64,000 bases of DNA, from NCBI GenBank assembly GCA_963762145.1, contig CAVXJS010000009.1:480001-544000 (forward strand). The letters are read 5' to 3'. Numbering within the stretch: the stretch's first letter is position 1; every line of letters starts with the position of its first letter. Positions 9,562 through 19,082 of this stretch are shown here, piece after piece. The notes beneath the pieces were generated by a model, which saw only the letters and a program-made list of their open reading frames with translations, made no database searches and was not told the DNA's origin. A program made the position numbers and the translations under genes. Source of the stretch: an uncultured Candidatus Rokubacteria bacterium (GTDB taxonomy: Bacteria; Methylomirabilota; Methylomirabilia; Rokubacteriales; CSP1-6).

Positions 9562-11070
9562 ATGGCACGTATGAGTCTCGAGCCCAACCTTCGCGAGATG
9601 GAGCGCGGCCGTGAGGCGTACTGGCTCGCTACGCCTCGACCTCGCCCGTCAAGCTCCGCTGGCGGGCCGTGACCGTGCGCCACTGCTTCCACGTGCTTCC
9701 CGGCGAGTCGATCCTCGAGCTCGGCGCGGGTAGCGGGCTCTGGACCGAACACCTGACCTCCGTGCTTCGGGGCGAGAACCCGATCACAGCCGCTGTGTTC
9801 AACTCGGACTTAGCTGACCAAGCGTCAGCGCGGCGGCTCGAGAACACCGACGTGGCGCTGGTCAGCGACCTCGGGGCGCTACCTGCCCGCCGAGACTTCG
9901 ACTACGTGGTCGGAACGGCCATCCTGTGTCACGAACGCTATACGGGAATCTCAAACATATTCACCGTCTCTTGAAGCCCGGAGGGCAGATGCTGTTCTTC
10001 GAGGCCAACTACTGGAACCCGCAGGTACTCCCAAGAGCCGGTCCGGCCTTGAGACGGCGTGCCGGAAACGCGCAGTGCCAGGTGGGCATGCGAAAGTACA
10101 AGTTGATGAAGGCCGCGTCGCACCAGGGGCTGACCCACGTCGAGATCGATCCCTTACGACATCGTCCACCATGTGCCACGCTCCCTCGTCCGATCCCGAT
10201 CCAGCAGATCAGCCTTCATTCTCGAGCACGTCCTCCTGGTCCGCGAGGCGTGCGGGACTCTCTACATCTGGGCCGAGAAAACCGGCGAACGGCAAGCCCC
10301 GGCGCCACCGGTCAGCCTCGCCCACCACGAGGAGCCTGCGGGGATCGACGTCCGTGGTCGTGCCCTCGTCGCAACGAGGAGATGAACGTGCCCGGCGCTG
10401 GTCGAGACCCTCCTGGACGCCTATGGCGACTAATCCACGAGATCATCATCGTCAACGACAACGGCACAGACCACACAGCCTAGGTGACGCGAGAGGTCGC
10501 GCAGGACGAGCCGAGAGTCCGGCTCGTCGACCGGCCGCCGCCCAACGGCGTCGGGCTGGCGCTCAGGGACGGCTATGCCGCCGCTACCGGGCGGTACATC
10601 CTCACCATGGACTGTGATTTCGTACAGATCATTCCCGAGCTTCGAGATCTCTTCGATGTCATCGCCGCCGGACATGACGGCGCCATCGGCAGCCGCTTCT
10701 CCCACGAGTCCGTGCTGATCAACTATCCTTTCTTCAAGATCGATCTGCAACCGCGCCTTCCACCTGCTCGTCAGGCTTGTTCTGTCCGGCGGGTCCATGA
10801 TATTTCGAACAACCTGAAGCTCTACCGGGCGGAGATCTTGAAGAGCATCCACATCAAGCAGCGTCACTTCGCGGCGAACGCGGAGACGGGGCTCAAGCCA
10901 CTGCGGCCGGATACGACATCGAGGAGGTGCCGATCTCCTGGATCAACCGGACGCTCGAGATGGGCAGCTCCTCGTTCCGGATCGTGACGGTAGCGCCGAA
11001 CTATCTGGGCACACTGGTGCGGGCGCTCTCCATCGTCTGGAGAGGCAAACCTCGCTCTCGGCCAAGATGA
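9562..11070 (+). CDS. Fused class I SAM-dependent methyltransferase / GT2 glycosyltransferase (several frameshifts)
   Basis: Consecutive fragments: ILELGAGSG, LLKPGG, NEEMNV, IIIVNDNGTD, ILTMDCD, GSRF. Intact gene versus pseudogene is unresolved. Confidence 0.75.
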
Positions 11071-11196
11071 ATGGCCGCATCGAGCGTTGTCAGGACCTCA
11101 TCCGCAAGTCACTGACCGTGGAATACGTGAATACGATTCGCCTCGGCGATCACGTCACATACATCAGCGACCTCGGAGAGCTGACGGGCACTCGCG

Positions 11197-12786
11197 GTGC
11201 TTGAGAGGCTGAATCGCCTCGAGGGTCGGGTGGCCGCGGCGCTCGACGCCAGGCGATGGTGGATCGTCGGCGCGGTTTCTCTCCTGTATCTCTCCGTCAC
11301 GTGCGTCCTGGCCCACTACAAGCTCTTCTGGAACGACGAGCTCTTCACCGTGTATATCGCCCGGCAGCCCACGCTCGCCGACATCTCGGCCATCCTGGCC
11401 ACCGGCGTGGAGCAACTGCCTCCCACCTTCCACGTCCTCACGCGCCTGCTGATGCACCTGTTCGGCGAGTATCACCTCACGGTCCGCCTGCCCGCGATCA
11501 TCGGGGTCGGCGCGATGGGGATTTGCCTGTTCATAGTCGTGTCCCGGCGCACGTCGACGGTGTACGGGTTGATCGCGATGCTCCTTCCGCTCGCCACCCT
11601 GCCGCCCGTCGCCCAGGCCTACTCCTATGCGTACGAGGCCAGGCCCTATGGTCTGGTCCTGGCTTTTTCGGCCGCATCTTTGCTGTGCTGGCAGTCGGCG
11701 ACGGACGGACATCGGCGAACCCTCTCGCTCGTGGGGCTGACCGCCACGCTGGCGGCGGCGCTCGCCAGCCACTACTACGCGGTCCTGGTGTTCGTTCCTC
11801 TCGCGGTGGGAGAGCTCGCCCGATCTCTAGGGCGCCGGCGCCTCGATCTCGCGATCTGGGTCGCCTTCTGCGTGGCGACGATCCCGCTCTGGGCCTTCCT
11901 GCCGTTGATTCAGGCCGGTCGGAAGCTCGCCAGCACGTTCTGGACGAAACCGCGATGGGCCGACCTGGTCGGCTTCTACCAGAACATCCTCTCCCCGGCG
12001 GCGGTCCCATTCGTTGTCATCATCCTCATCCTGGCGCTCTATGCGATCGTTCGCTCCTCGGCTGCTGCGGAGCGGAAGGCTACCACCGATGCTTCGCCAC
12101 CCCTGCACGAGGTGGTCGCCGCCCTCGGCTACCTGGCGATCCCCGGCATCGCCATCGTTCTCGCCAAGTTCGTGACCGGAGCGTTCACCGATCGATATGC
12201 GCTTCCGGCCGTGATTGGCTTGGCGCTGATCGTTCCGTGGGGTGCGTATCACCTCCTCGATCGCCGCGCGACGATGGGCGTGGTCCTGGCCGCTCTACTG
12301 TGCAGCTGGTTCGTGGTGATGGTTGGCATCGAGCCGGCGAGGCAGCTACGCCAGGACCGCGCCTATCTCGAAGCGGCCTACCACCTCTTTCGGCGGCTGG
12401 CGCCCGGCGACGAACCGATCGTGATTGCCAGCCCGCATACATTCCTCCAGCTCAGCTACTACGCTCCTCCAGATCTCGTCTCGCGCTTCGTGTACTTGGT
12501 CGATCCGGCCACCGCGCTGCGCTATCTCGACACGGACACGCCCGAGCTGGGGATTCGCGAGTTCCGACGCTGGACACCGCTAAGGATCGAGGACTACGAT
12601 GCATATCTGTCGGCACATCCCCGCTTCCTGCTCTATAATCGCGGCCGTTGGGCCTGGCTGTTACCGGCGCTGGAGGCCAAGAGCGTCCGCATCCAGGTGG
12701 TCGCATTCGATGCCAACCTTCCGCTCCTTCTGGTGGAGGCCGTGCCCAAACCAGCCACGGGCAGAGACCCTGCATCCCCGAGATAA
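11197..12786 (+). CDS. GT-C-fold membrane glycosyltransferase (GT39/ArnT-like)
   Basis: FWNDE loop motif, VRLP, YEARPY, SHYY, multiple TM helices. Confidence 0.8.
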   Translation: MLERLNRLEGRVAAALDARRWWIVGAVSLLYLSVTCVLAHYKLFWNDELFTVYIARQPTLADISAILATGVEQLPPTFHVLTRLLMHLFGEYHLTVRLPAIIGVGAMGICLFIVVSRRTSTVYGLIAMLLPLATLPPVAQAYSYAYEARPYGLVLAFSAASLLCWQSATDGHRRTLSLVGLTATLAAALASHYYAVLVFVPLAVGELARSLGRRRLDLAIWVAFCVATIPLWAFLPLIQAGRKLASTFWTKPRWADLVGFYQNILSPAAVPFVVIILILALYAIVRSSAAAERKATTDASPPLHEVVAALGYLAIPGIAIVLAKFVTGAFTDRYALPAVIGLALIVPWGAYHLLDRRATMGVVLAALLCSWFVVMVGIEPARQLRQDRAYLEAAYHLFRRLAPGDEPIVIASPHTFLQLSYYAPPDLVSRFVYLVDPATALRYLDTDTPELGIREFRRWTPLRIEDYDAYLSAHPRFLLYNRGRWAWLLPALEAKSVRIQVVAFDANLPLLLVEAVPKPATGRDPASPR

Positions 12787-12823
12787 CGCCCTGCTGCCAG
12801 CTGGCAACTGAGGAGCACTGCCT

Positions 12824-13921
12824 TCACGAACCGCCGCGCCCATCCATCCACACTCTTTTGGGACGACGCGCCTCGACACATCGCCGGTATTGCGCCGACA
12901 CGACCAGGAAGCCGTCGTCTAGAAGCTTCTCGACACCTTCGAACCGTCGAGCCGTCGCCTGCTTCAAGCTAAGATTCCGGTTCTCCTTCAATCGAGCCCA
13001 ATACGTCTGATACTCCTCAGCGGCCGAGACCCGATAACGATCGGTCCGCACCGCTTCCTGAACCTTATCGGGGAAGTTGCTCACGAACGGGTAATGCCGC
13101 AGGACACAAGTCAAGTCGGCGATGGCCGCATTTGCAGTGTGATGCCATCTCACGAACGGGAGGAGGGGCGGCGACAGAAAGATCAGGGGAGCTTTCGTGA
13201 GACCGTTCTCGGTTCCGAAGATCGACTTGCGAATGCCCCCGACATGCGCCTTGATGTCGGGGTTGGCAGGGGCGCCGTGGCCGTAAGGCCGCCGCTCGAC
13301 GTTCGACGTATCGTAGTACGGATAGCACTCCTTGAGAGAATCGTCCGGTGCACTCTTCAATTCGTTCAGTGGTATATCGGAAAAGAAGTCGAGCATCTGC
13401 GCCAGCACGGCGGTGTAAGCGTTGGCGTTCAAATATGTCAGGAGTGCGCCCACATCGAGCACCTCGGAGAATGGATAGTCGAACAGCTCGTCTATATCCG
13501 CCATGAGATTCCATCGACCCTCGGAAAATCGCCGCACGAGATACCGCTTCATCACCGTCTCGTACTTTCGATACGGCCGCATGGTCTGGAGGATGGTGAT
13601 CCGCTCGAACGTCCGCGCGAGCTCGACGGTCTGATCGGTGGAACCATTGTCCAACAGGACGATGTGCTTCACGCCCAGCGCCTGGTGATGTTCAATAAAT
13701 GACTTGACGTGGAGTTCACCATTTCTGACCACGCAGAGCACGATCAGCTCGTCGATTGCATACGAGATCTTCCTTGGGCCGTGGAGGTGGCGCACGGTTG
13801 CCCGGAGGATAAGTGGACGAAGGCGAAATTCGACGACCTGCGACAGTCGCTCGCGCAGGCGCTGCACCTTGTGGGAAGTCCGTACCTGACTCTTGAGCCA
13901 CGATACCCAGGATGGACGCAT
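12824..13921 (-). CDS. GT2 family glycosyltransferase (Glyco_tranf_2_4-like)
   Basis: VVRNGE, HH..LGV.HI.LLDNGSTD, W.LMADIDE. Confidence 0.85.
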   Translation of the reverse strand: MRPSWVSWLKSQVRTSHKVQRLRERLSQVVEFRLRPLILRATVRHLHGPRKISYAIDELIVLCVVRNGELHVKSFIEHHQALGVKHIVLLDNGSTDQTVELARTFERITILQTMRPYRKYETVMKRYLVRRFSEGRWNLMADIDELFDYPFSEVLDVGALLTYLNANAYTAVLAQMLDFFSDIPLNELKSAPDDSLKECYPYYDTSNVERRPYGHGAPANPDIKAHVGGIRKSIFGTENGLTKAPLIFLSPPLLPFVRWHHTANAAIADLTCVLRHYPFVSNFPDKVQEAVRTDRYRVSAAEEYQTYWARLKENRNLSLKQATARRFEGVEKLLDDGFLVVSAQYRRCVEARRPKRVWMDGRGGS

Positions 13922-14167
13922 CTAGAGCTGTGATGGGCGAAATAAGGAGTTGACGTGCAGCGCGCCGTTTCTGACCACGGAGAGGACGATCAACTCGTCC
14001 GCGCTATATGGGATCTTTCTCGGACCATGGTGGTGGTGCACGCTCGCCCGGAAAATGAACGGAAGGATGCGATGCTCGATGTCCTGGGGGACGAGGTCGC
14101 CCAGGCGCTGGGCCCGGGGGGATCTCGATATCCGGCTCTTCAGCCGGGATCGCCAGTCTGGAGCCAT
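13922..14167 (-). pseudogene. Truncated N-terminal paralog of the adjacent GT2 gene
   Basis: HGPRKIPYSADELIVLSVVRNGALHVNS aligns with HGPRKISYAIDELIVLCVVRNGELHVKS, then stops. Confidence 0.75.
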
Positions 14168-14332
14168 TTTTTACCTCTTTGCCCCCTCGCCCGAGCTCGG
14201 ATGAGTCGCGCCCGACCCGGTACATCCGAGGATCGGGCCGAAGTCACAGCATGTCAAATCGGCCCCGCGCTCCGGGGAATGGCGGGACGACCGTCGGCGG
14301 CTTGGGTCGAGGCGCCTGGGAGCCGATAGGCC

Positions 14333-16057
14333 TTGTACCGCAGCGAGTTGAAGGCGTTCGCCCTCGTGATGGGCCTGACCGTGGCCTGGTGGATACCCCA
14401 GCGTCATGGCCCCATCGATGCCCGGTCCGATGGCGCGACTTACTACATCCTGGGAACCTCTCTGGCTCAGGGACAAGGATATCGTCTCCTCAACGAACCG
14501 GGGGAGATCCGGGCAGTGCAGTACCCACCTTTGCTCCCGCTGGTGGTCGCCGCACACCAGAAGGCTCTCGCCACCGGCGACTTCGTCGTCGTCGGAACGT
14601 GGCTGCGCGCGTTCTACTTCCTTCTCTCGCTGGCATTGGCGGCCGGGGCCTATCGGCTCGCCCGGGACTACCTGCCGCCGCGGCGGGCACTTCTGGCGGC
14701 GGCGGTCTCGGCCATGGCACTGCACACCTGGTACCTCGCCGGCGTGCTCTACACCGAGATCCCGCTCGCCCTGGTGGCGGTCTGGTTCGCGATCTGTGCG
14801 TGCCGGGCCCACCGTCCAGGATATTGGCTCGCCACTGCCGCGCTGGGTGTGGCCGCATATTCTCTGCGCACGGCCGGCATCGCGTTGCTCGCCGCGTGGT
14901 GCATTTCCGCGCTCGTCGACCGACCCGGGGGAAGGACCGAGGGCGGGCCGCCCGCCTATTCGCGGTTCATGCGAGCGGGCGCCCGCGCCGCCGTCGCCCT
15001 CCTCCCCCTCATCGTCTGGCAGACCTACATCGGATCAGTCACGGCGAGCGACGAATACCACCGTCCGGTCTACCCGTACCAGCGATCCGCCTATCAGTAC
15101 CCCAACGTGACCTATTCGGAGAATATGAGTCTGGTGAGTCCCTTCACGCCGGAGCGGGGACGGATCACGCTCTGGGGGCAGATCTCGCGGTTCGCGATCA
15201 ACGCGGCCTACATCACTCCCTCTCTGGGCGGGGCGGTCACCGCCCAGCGGGGATTCTGGGAACTGACGATCCAGGACATCAACCGCCTGGTGAGGCGCGA
15301 CCTCCTCCCCCGCTGGGCCGCGCTCCTTCCCATGACCGGGTTGGGCCTCGTCATCCTCGCCGGAGCCGCCATCATGCTGAGCCGTCGACAATGGCTCCTT
15401 CCGCTCTGCGGCGCTACTGCCGCCGCTCTGATGTGCTTGACTCCATGGCCCGAGCAGTTCGTCCGCTATTTCACGCCGATGATTCCGTTCCTCGCGATCA
15501 TGCTCGTGACGGCCCTGGGCGCCGCCGTCGACGTGACGGTACCCGCCGACCCCGGTGCAGGTCGACGGCTTCCCCGGTTCGGCCGGGCGCTCATGGTCGC
15601 GGCGCTAGCGATCGTGCTGGCCGAGGACGGCTATGTCACGTGGTGGTCGTTCCACGCACGTCCGGCCATCCCGGTGACCTTCCATGACACGGCCGGTCGC
15701 GCGACGACCACCGCGCGGCTACTCTTCTACGACCCCCAGGCGGCTGCGCTGGATGCGGCGCTGGAGCAGGTGCGCCAGCGGGCGAGGCCCGGTGACGTGA
15801 TGGCCACGACCATGCCGCACTGGGCGTATCTGCGAACCGGAGTCAAGGCCATCCTTCCCCCGATGGAGGCCGACCACGAGGAAGCGCGGCGACTGCTGGA
15901 CACGGTGCCGGTGAGATTCGTCGTCCTGGACGAGCTACGGTACCCGCAGATCAGCCAGCGCTACGCCTCCCCGGCCGTCGAGGGGCACCCGGCCCTCTGG
16001 CATCGTATCTACGAAACCTCCGATGGCCAGGCCCGCCTCTACGAGAGGGTACGCTGA
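14333..16057 (+). CDS. GT-C-like polytopic membrane glycosyltransferase
   Basis: DARSDGATYYILGTSLAQGQGY..YPPLLP, TEIP, LRTAGI; many TM segments. Start uncertain. Confidence 0.75.
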   Translation: MYRSELKAFALVMGLTVAWWIPQRHGPIDARSDGATYYILGTSLAQGQGYRLLNEPGEIRAVQYPPLLPLVVAAHQKALATGDFVVVGTWLRAFYFLLSLALAAGAYRLARDYLPPRRALLAAAVSAMALHTWYLAGVLYTEIPLALVAVWFAICACRAHRPGYWLATAALGVAAYSLRTAGIALLAAWCISALVDRPGGRTEGGPPAYSRFMRAGARAAVALLPLIVWQTYIGSVTASDEYHRPVYPYQRSAYQYPNVTYSENMSLVSPFTPERGRITLWGQISRFAINAAYITPSLGGAVTAQRGFWELTIQDINRLVRRDLLPRWAALLPMTGLGLVILAGAAIMLSRRQWLLPLCGATAAALMCLTPWPEQFVRYFTPMIPFLAIMLVTALGAAVDVTVPADPGAGRRLPRFGRALMVAALAIVLAEDGYVTWWSFHARPAIPVTFHDTAGRATTTARLLFYDPQAAALDAALEQVRQRARPGDVMATTMPHWAYLRTGVKAILPPMEADHEEARRLLDTVPVRFVVLDELRYPQISQRYASPAVEGHPALWHRIYETSDGQARLYERVR

Positions 16058-16067
16058 GCGATCGACG

Positions 16068-17798
16068 TCATCGACCCGGCTTCGCGCGGTCGGTCGCAGT
16101 TCCCTCGGTCGGCTCGGCCGAGCGCTCGTACACCGCGACCTGGCCAGACGAGCCCTTGTAGATCTCGGTCCAGCGGGCGGGCGCCGCGCGCAGCACCTCC
16201 ACGGTTGACCGCCGCATGAGATGCGCGATATCGACGTCGGTGCCGTCCAGCACGATGTACTTGACCGGCACGCCATCGAGGAGCGCTCCGGCTTCTTTCG
16301 GATCGGCCTCGAACGGAGGCATGACGGTCTTCGCGCCCGTGACCAGGTATGCCCAGTGCGGCATGGCGGCGGCGACGACGTCGGCGGGCCGGACACGAGG
16401 CCTCAACCATTCCAGCGCCTCGTCGAGCTCCCGATCCGGCCGCGTGTAAAAGAACAGCCGGAATTGCACCGGCGAGCCCCGCCGATCGTGCAGCACGACC
16501 TCGCCGCGGATGGTGCGATATGCATCCAGCACGGTGAACGTCTCCACCATGAGGACGACGCAGACCACTGCGGCGGGAAGCACGCGAGCAATCGCCCGGA
16601 TCGGGACTGGCCCCCCGGGCCACGCCCGGCTTCCCAGGGATCGGAGACACTGGAGCAGGAACAGGACCAGGAAGGGAGCCAGCGGCGACCAGTAACGCTT
16701 CAGCTGCAGGGGCCACGGCGTGAGGCAGACTGCTCCGACGTAGAGCAGGACGTACAAGGCGATGACGCGTTCCGGCCGCGCCAGATGCAGGGCGAGACCG
16801 ACAAGGACCAGCAGCCCCAGGAACGCCACCGCCGCCGTCGCCAACCCAAGGCCACTCGGCTCCCAGGCGAGCGCCCGCAGGCCCGGCACCCGAGCCAAAA
16901 GCGCCTGCCACTGCCCCCGATCCGCGCTCACCGCTTCCCCGAGTGATCGGGGCAGCCGGGTCAGGTTGCCCACCACGCGCCATCCGAGATCTGCCGGGGA
17001 CGCCTTGCCCAGCTCCGGCCGATACGGGTCCCGGAGGGTCAGATTGGTCCCATAGGTGACGTTGTAGAAGAGGTAGTCGGCACGCTGATACGAATACGCG
17101 GGCATCGCATACGACCCGCCCGCCTGCACCCCCGCAACATAGGCCTGCCAGCCCACGATCGGCAGCATCGCGAACGCACACCGGAGAGCCGCCCGCTTGA
17201 ACTCCCGGCGCACCAGACTCTCGCCGATCCATGCCATGAACAGGGCGATTCCGGCCGTTCGTAGCAGGTACGCGCATGTGGCGCACACCGCGGCCGCGAC
17301 CGGACGCCGGCGGGGGCCGGACCCGCCGCTCCAGAGCACGAACAGGACAGAAGCCAGCGCGAAGGGCAGCTCGGCGGAAAGGAGATCCGACAGGAACATC
17401 GTGAACAGGTGGAGCACGCACACCGCCGCGCCGGCCAATGCGTGCCCGCTCGGCAGGAATCGCTGGAGCAGCACGTAGCTGCTCAGCGCGTGAACGGTGA
17501 ACATGAGGAAGAACGTCAGCCGCAGCCAGCGGCCGACGACCATCGGATCACTGCTTCCCAGGACCAGCTGGTGAAGCGCCACGAGGGCGGGGAGGAGCGG
17601 CGGGTACTGCACCGCCTCGATCTCTCCCGGTTCATTCAGGAGCCGGTATCCCTGACCCTGTGCGAGCGCGGTGCCGAGAACGTAGTAGACACCCCCATCC
17701 CAGCGAAGATCGATAGGCCCCCGGAGACGTGGAAGCCAGACCGCGACGATCAAGGCCAGCAGAGCGAGGAAGGCCAGCGAGCGGGTCGAGCGACGCAC
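16068..17798 (-). CDS. GT-C-like polytopic membrane glycosyltransferase (paralog of 14333..16057)
   Basis: DLRWDGGVYYVLGTALAQGQGYRLLNEPGEIEAVQYPPLLP, AELP, LRTAGI. Confidence 0.75.
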   Translation of the reverse strand: MRRSTRSLAFLALLALIVAVWLPRLRGPIDLRWDGGVYYVLGTALAQGQGYRLLNEPGEIEAVQYPPLLPALVALHQLVLGSSDPMVVGRWLRLTFFLMFTVHALSSYVLLQRFLPSGHALAGAAVCVLHLFTMFLSDLLSAELPFALASVLFVLWSGGSGPRRRPVAAAVCATCAYLLRTAGIALFMAWIGESLVRREFKRAALRCAFAMLPIVGWQAYVAGVQAGGSYAMPAYSYQRADYLFYNVTYGTNLTLRDPYRPELGKASPADLGWRVVGNLTRLPRSLGEAVSADRGQWQALLARVPGLRALAWEPSGLGLATAAVAFLGLLVLVGLALHLARPERVIALYVLLYVGAVCLTPWPLQLKRYWSPLAPFLVLFLLQCLRSLGSRAWPGGPVPIRAIARVLPAAVVCVVLMVETFTVLDAYRTIRGEVVLHDRRGSPVQFRLFFYTRPDRELDEALEWLRPRVRPADVVAAAMPHWAYLVTGAKTVMPPFEADPKEAGALLDGVPVKYIVLDGTDVDIAHLMRRSTVEVLRAAPARWTEIYKGSSGQVAVYERSAEPTEGTATDRAKPGR

Positions 17799-17816
17799 GC
17801 GGGCGGGGTTCCGAGC

Positions 17817-18995
17817 CTAGTCGGCTCGCCTCGTGTTGTGGGCCAGCTGGGTGTCCAGGAGACCGAGGACGTAGTCGATGACGCCGGTCACCACAACGAT
17901 GGCCGCGATGACCCAGCAAAACGACATGGCGATGAACCGCGACCAGTGCTCGTACGTGGAGCCGGTCCGGACCAGCTCGAAAAAGCTCGGCAGCACCAGG
18001 AGTCCGCCGCCGATCAGCAGGATCCCGGGAATCCACCACACGAGGCGGCTCGCGAAGAACCGATCGAGCAAGCTCGCGCTCCGCACGTTCAGCGCGATCG
18101 CGACCATCCGGGCGGTCAGATAGCTGGCGCACAGCAGCAACCCGGCGAGCGTTCCCGCCAGGTGGCTCACTACGAACCGGTAGATCATCCACTCCTGCAC
18201 TTCGCGATACCGCGCGTAGTGCGCGGTCGGGGTGAGCATGAGGGCGATCGCCAGCGCGAGCCAGAGCAATCCGAGGATCGCGAGCGGACGCGCGGGTCGA
18301 TAGAGCAGGGCCGCGTCGAGAATGGCCTTCAGGAATCGCAGACCATCCTTCCCGGGGCGGAGCTTCGATTCACCCTCCCGTTCGTGGTACGGCATGTCGG
18401 TCTCCACGATCCGAAGGGTGTCGTTCAGCACCGCGCGGGCGCTCATGGCGGGCGTGAAATGCAGGCCATCCGGCAGCGGGAGCAGCTTCGCGAGACATGT
18501 GCGGCGCACGACCCGCATGCCGCTGGCGGTGTCGCGCACCGGCGAGGAGGACAGCAGGATCAGCAGCCCGGCGAACATGCGATTGCCGACCCGACGGAGC
18601 CAGGGCATCTTGCTCTTCTCGTTGAGGCGACAGCCGAGAGCCACGTCCGCGTCGTGCTCGGTCAGGGTGTTGACCAAGCGAGAAAAGAATCGGGGCTCGC
18701 ACGTGCCGTCCGCGTCGAGGAAGCCGAGCAGATCCGCGTCGGACTGCGTCCACGCTTCCTTGATGGCGGCGCCGTAACCGCGGTTCTCGGGGAAGACGAT
18801 GAGCTTGATCCGATCGCTCCATCGGCTCGCCAGCTCGACGGTGCGATCCGTCGAGCCATCGCTCACCACCGTGATCTCCACGCGCGTCACCGGCGATGTG
18901 CCGATGATGTATTCGCGGGCCTCGAGACATCGCTCGATGGTCTGCTGGATACTGGCTTCCTCGTTGAGCGCGGGGATCGCGATCAGCAGCTTCAT
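17817..18995 (-). CDS. GT2 glycosyltransferase, polyprenol-phosphate glycosyltransferase (DPM1-like) with C-terminal TM helices
   Basis: MKLLIAIPALNEE, VSDGSTD, NRGYGAA, FLDADG, DTASGMR, EREGESKL. Confidence 0.88.
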   Translation of the reverse strand: MKLLIAIPALNEEASIQQTIERCLEAREYIIGTSPVTRVEITVVSDGSTDRTVELASRWSDRIKLIVFPENRGYGAAIKEAWTQSDADLLGFLDADGTCEPRFFSRLVNTLTEHDADVALGCRLNEKSKMPWLRRVGNRMFAGLLILLSSSPVRDTASGMRVVRRTCLAKLLPLPDGLHFTPAMSARAVLNDTLRIVETDMPYHEREGESKLRPGKDGLRFLKAILDAALLYRPARPLAILGLLWLALAIALMLTPTAHYARYREVQEWMIYRFVVSHLAGTLAGLLLCASYLTARMVAIALNVRSASLLDRFFASRLVWWIPGILLIGGGLLVLPSFFELVRTGSTYEHWSRFIAMSFCWVIAAIVVVTGVIDYVLGLLDTQLAHNTRRAD

Positions 18996-19044
18996 CGGTG
19001 ATCGTGCCCCCGCCATGACCGCATGGCATATCTTACCCTCTTTC

Positions 19045-19073
19045 TTGACGTCATCTTCGGGGCCCACTATCGT
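19045..19073 (+). promoter_or_regulatory. Putative sigma70 promoter
   Basis: TTGACG-17 nt-TATCGT, 9 nt upstream of ATG 19083. Confidence 0.55.
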
Positions 19074-19082
19074 ACACAGTGG

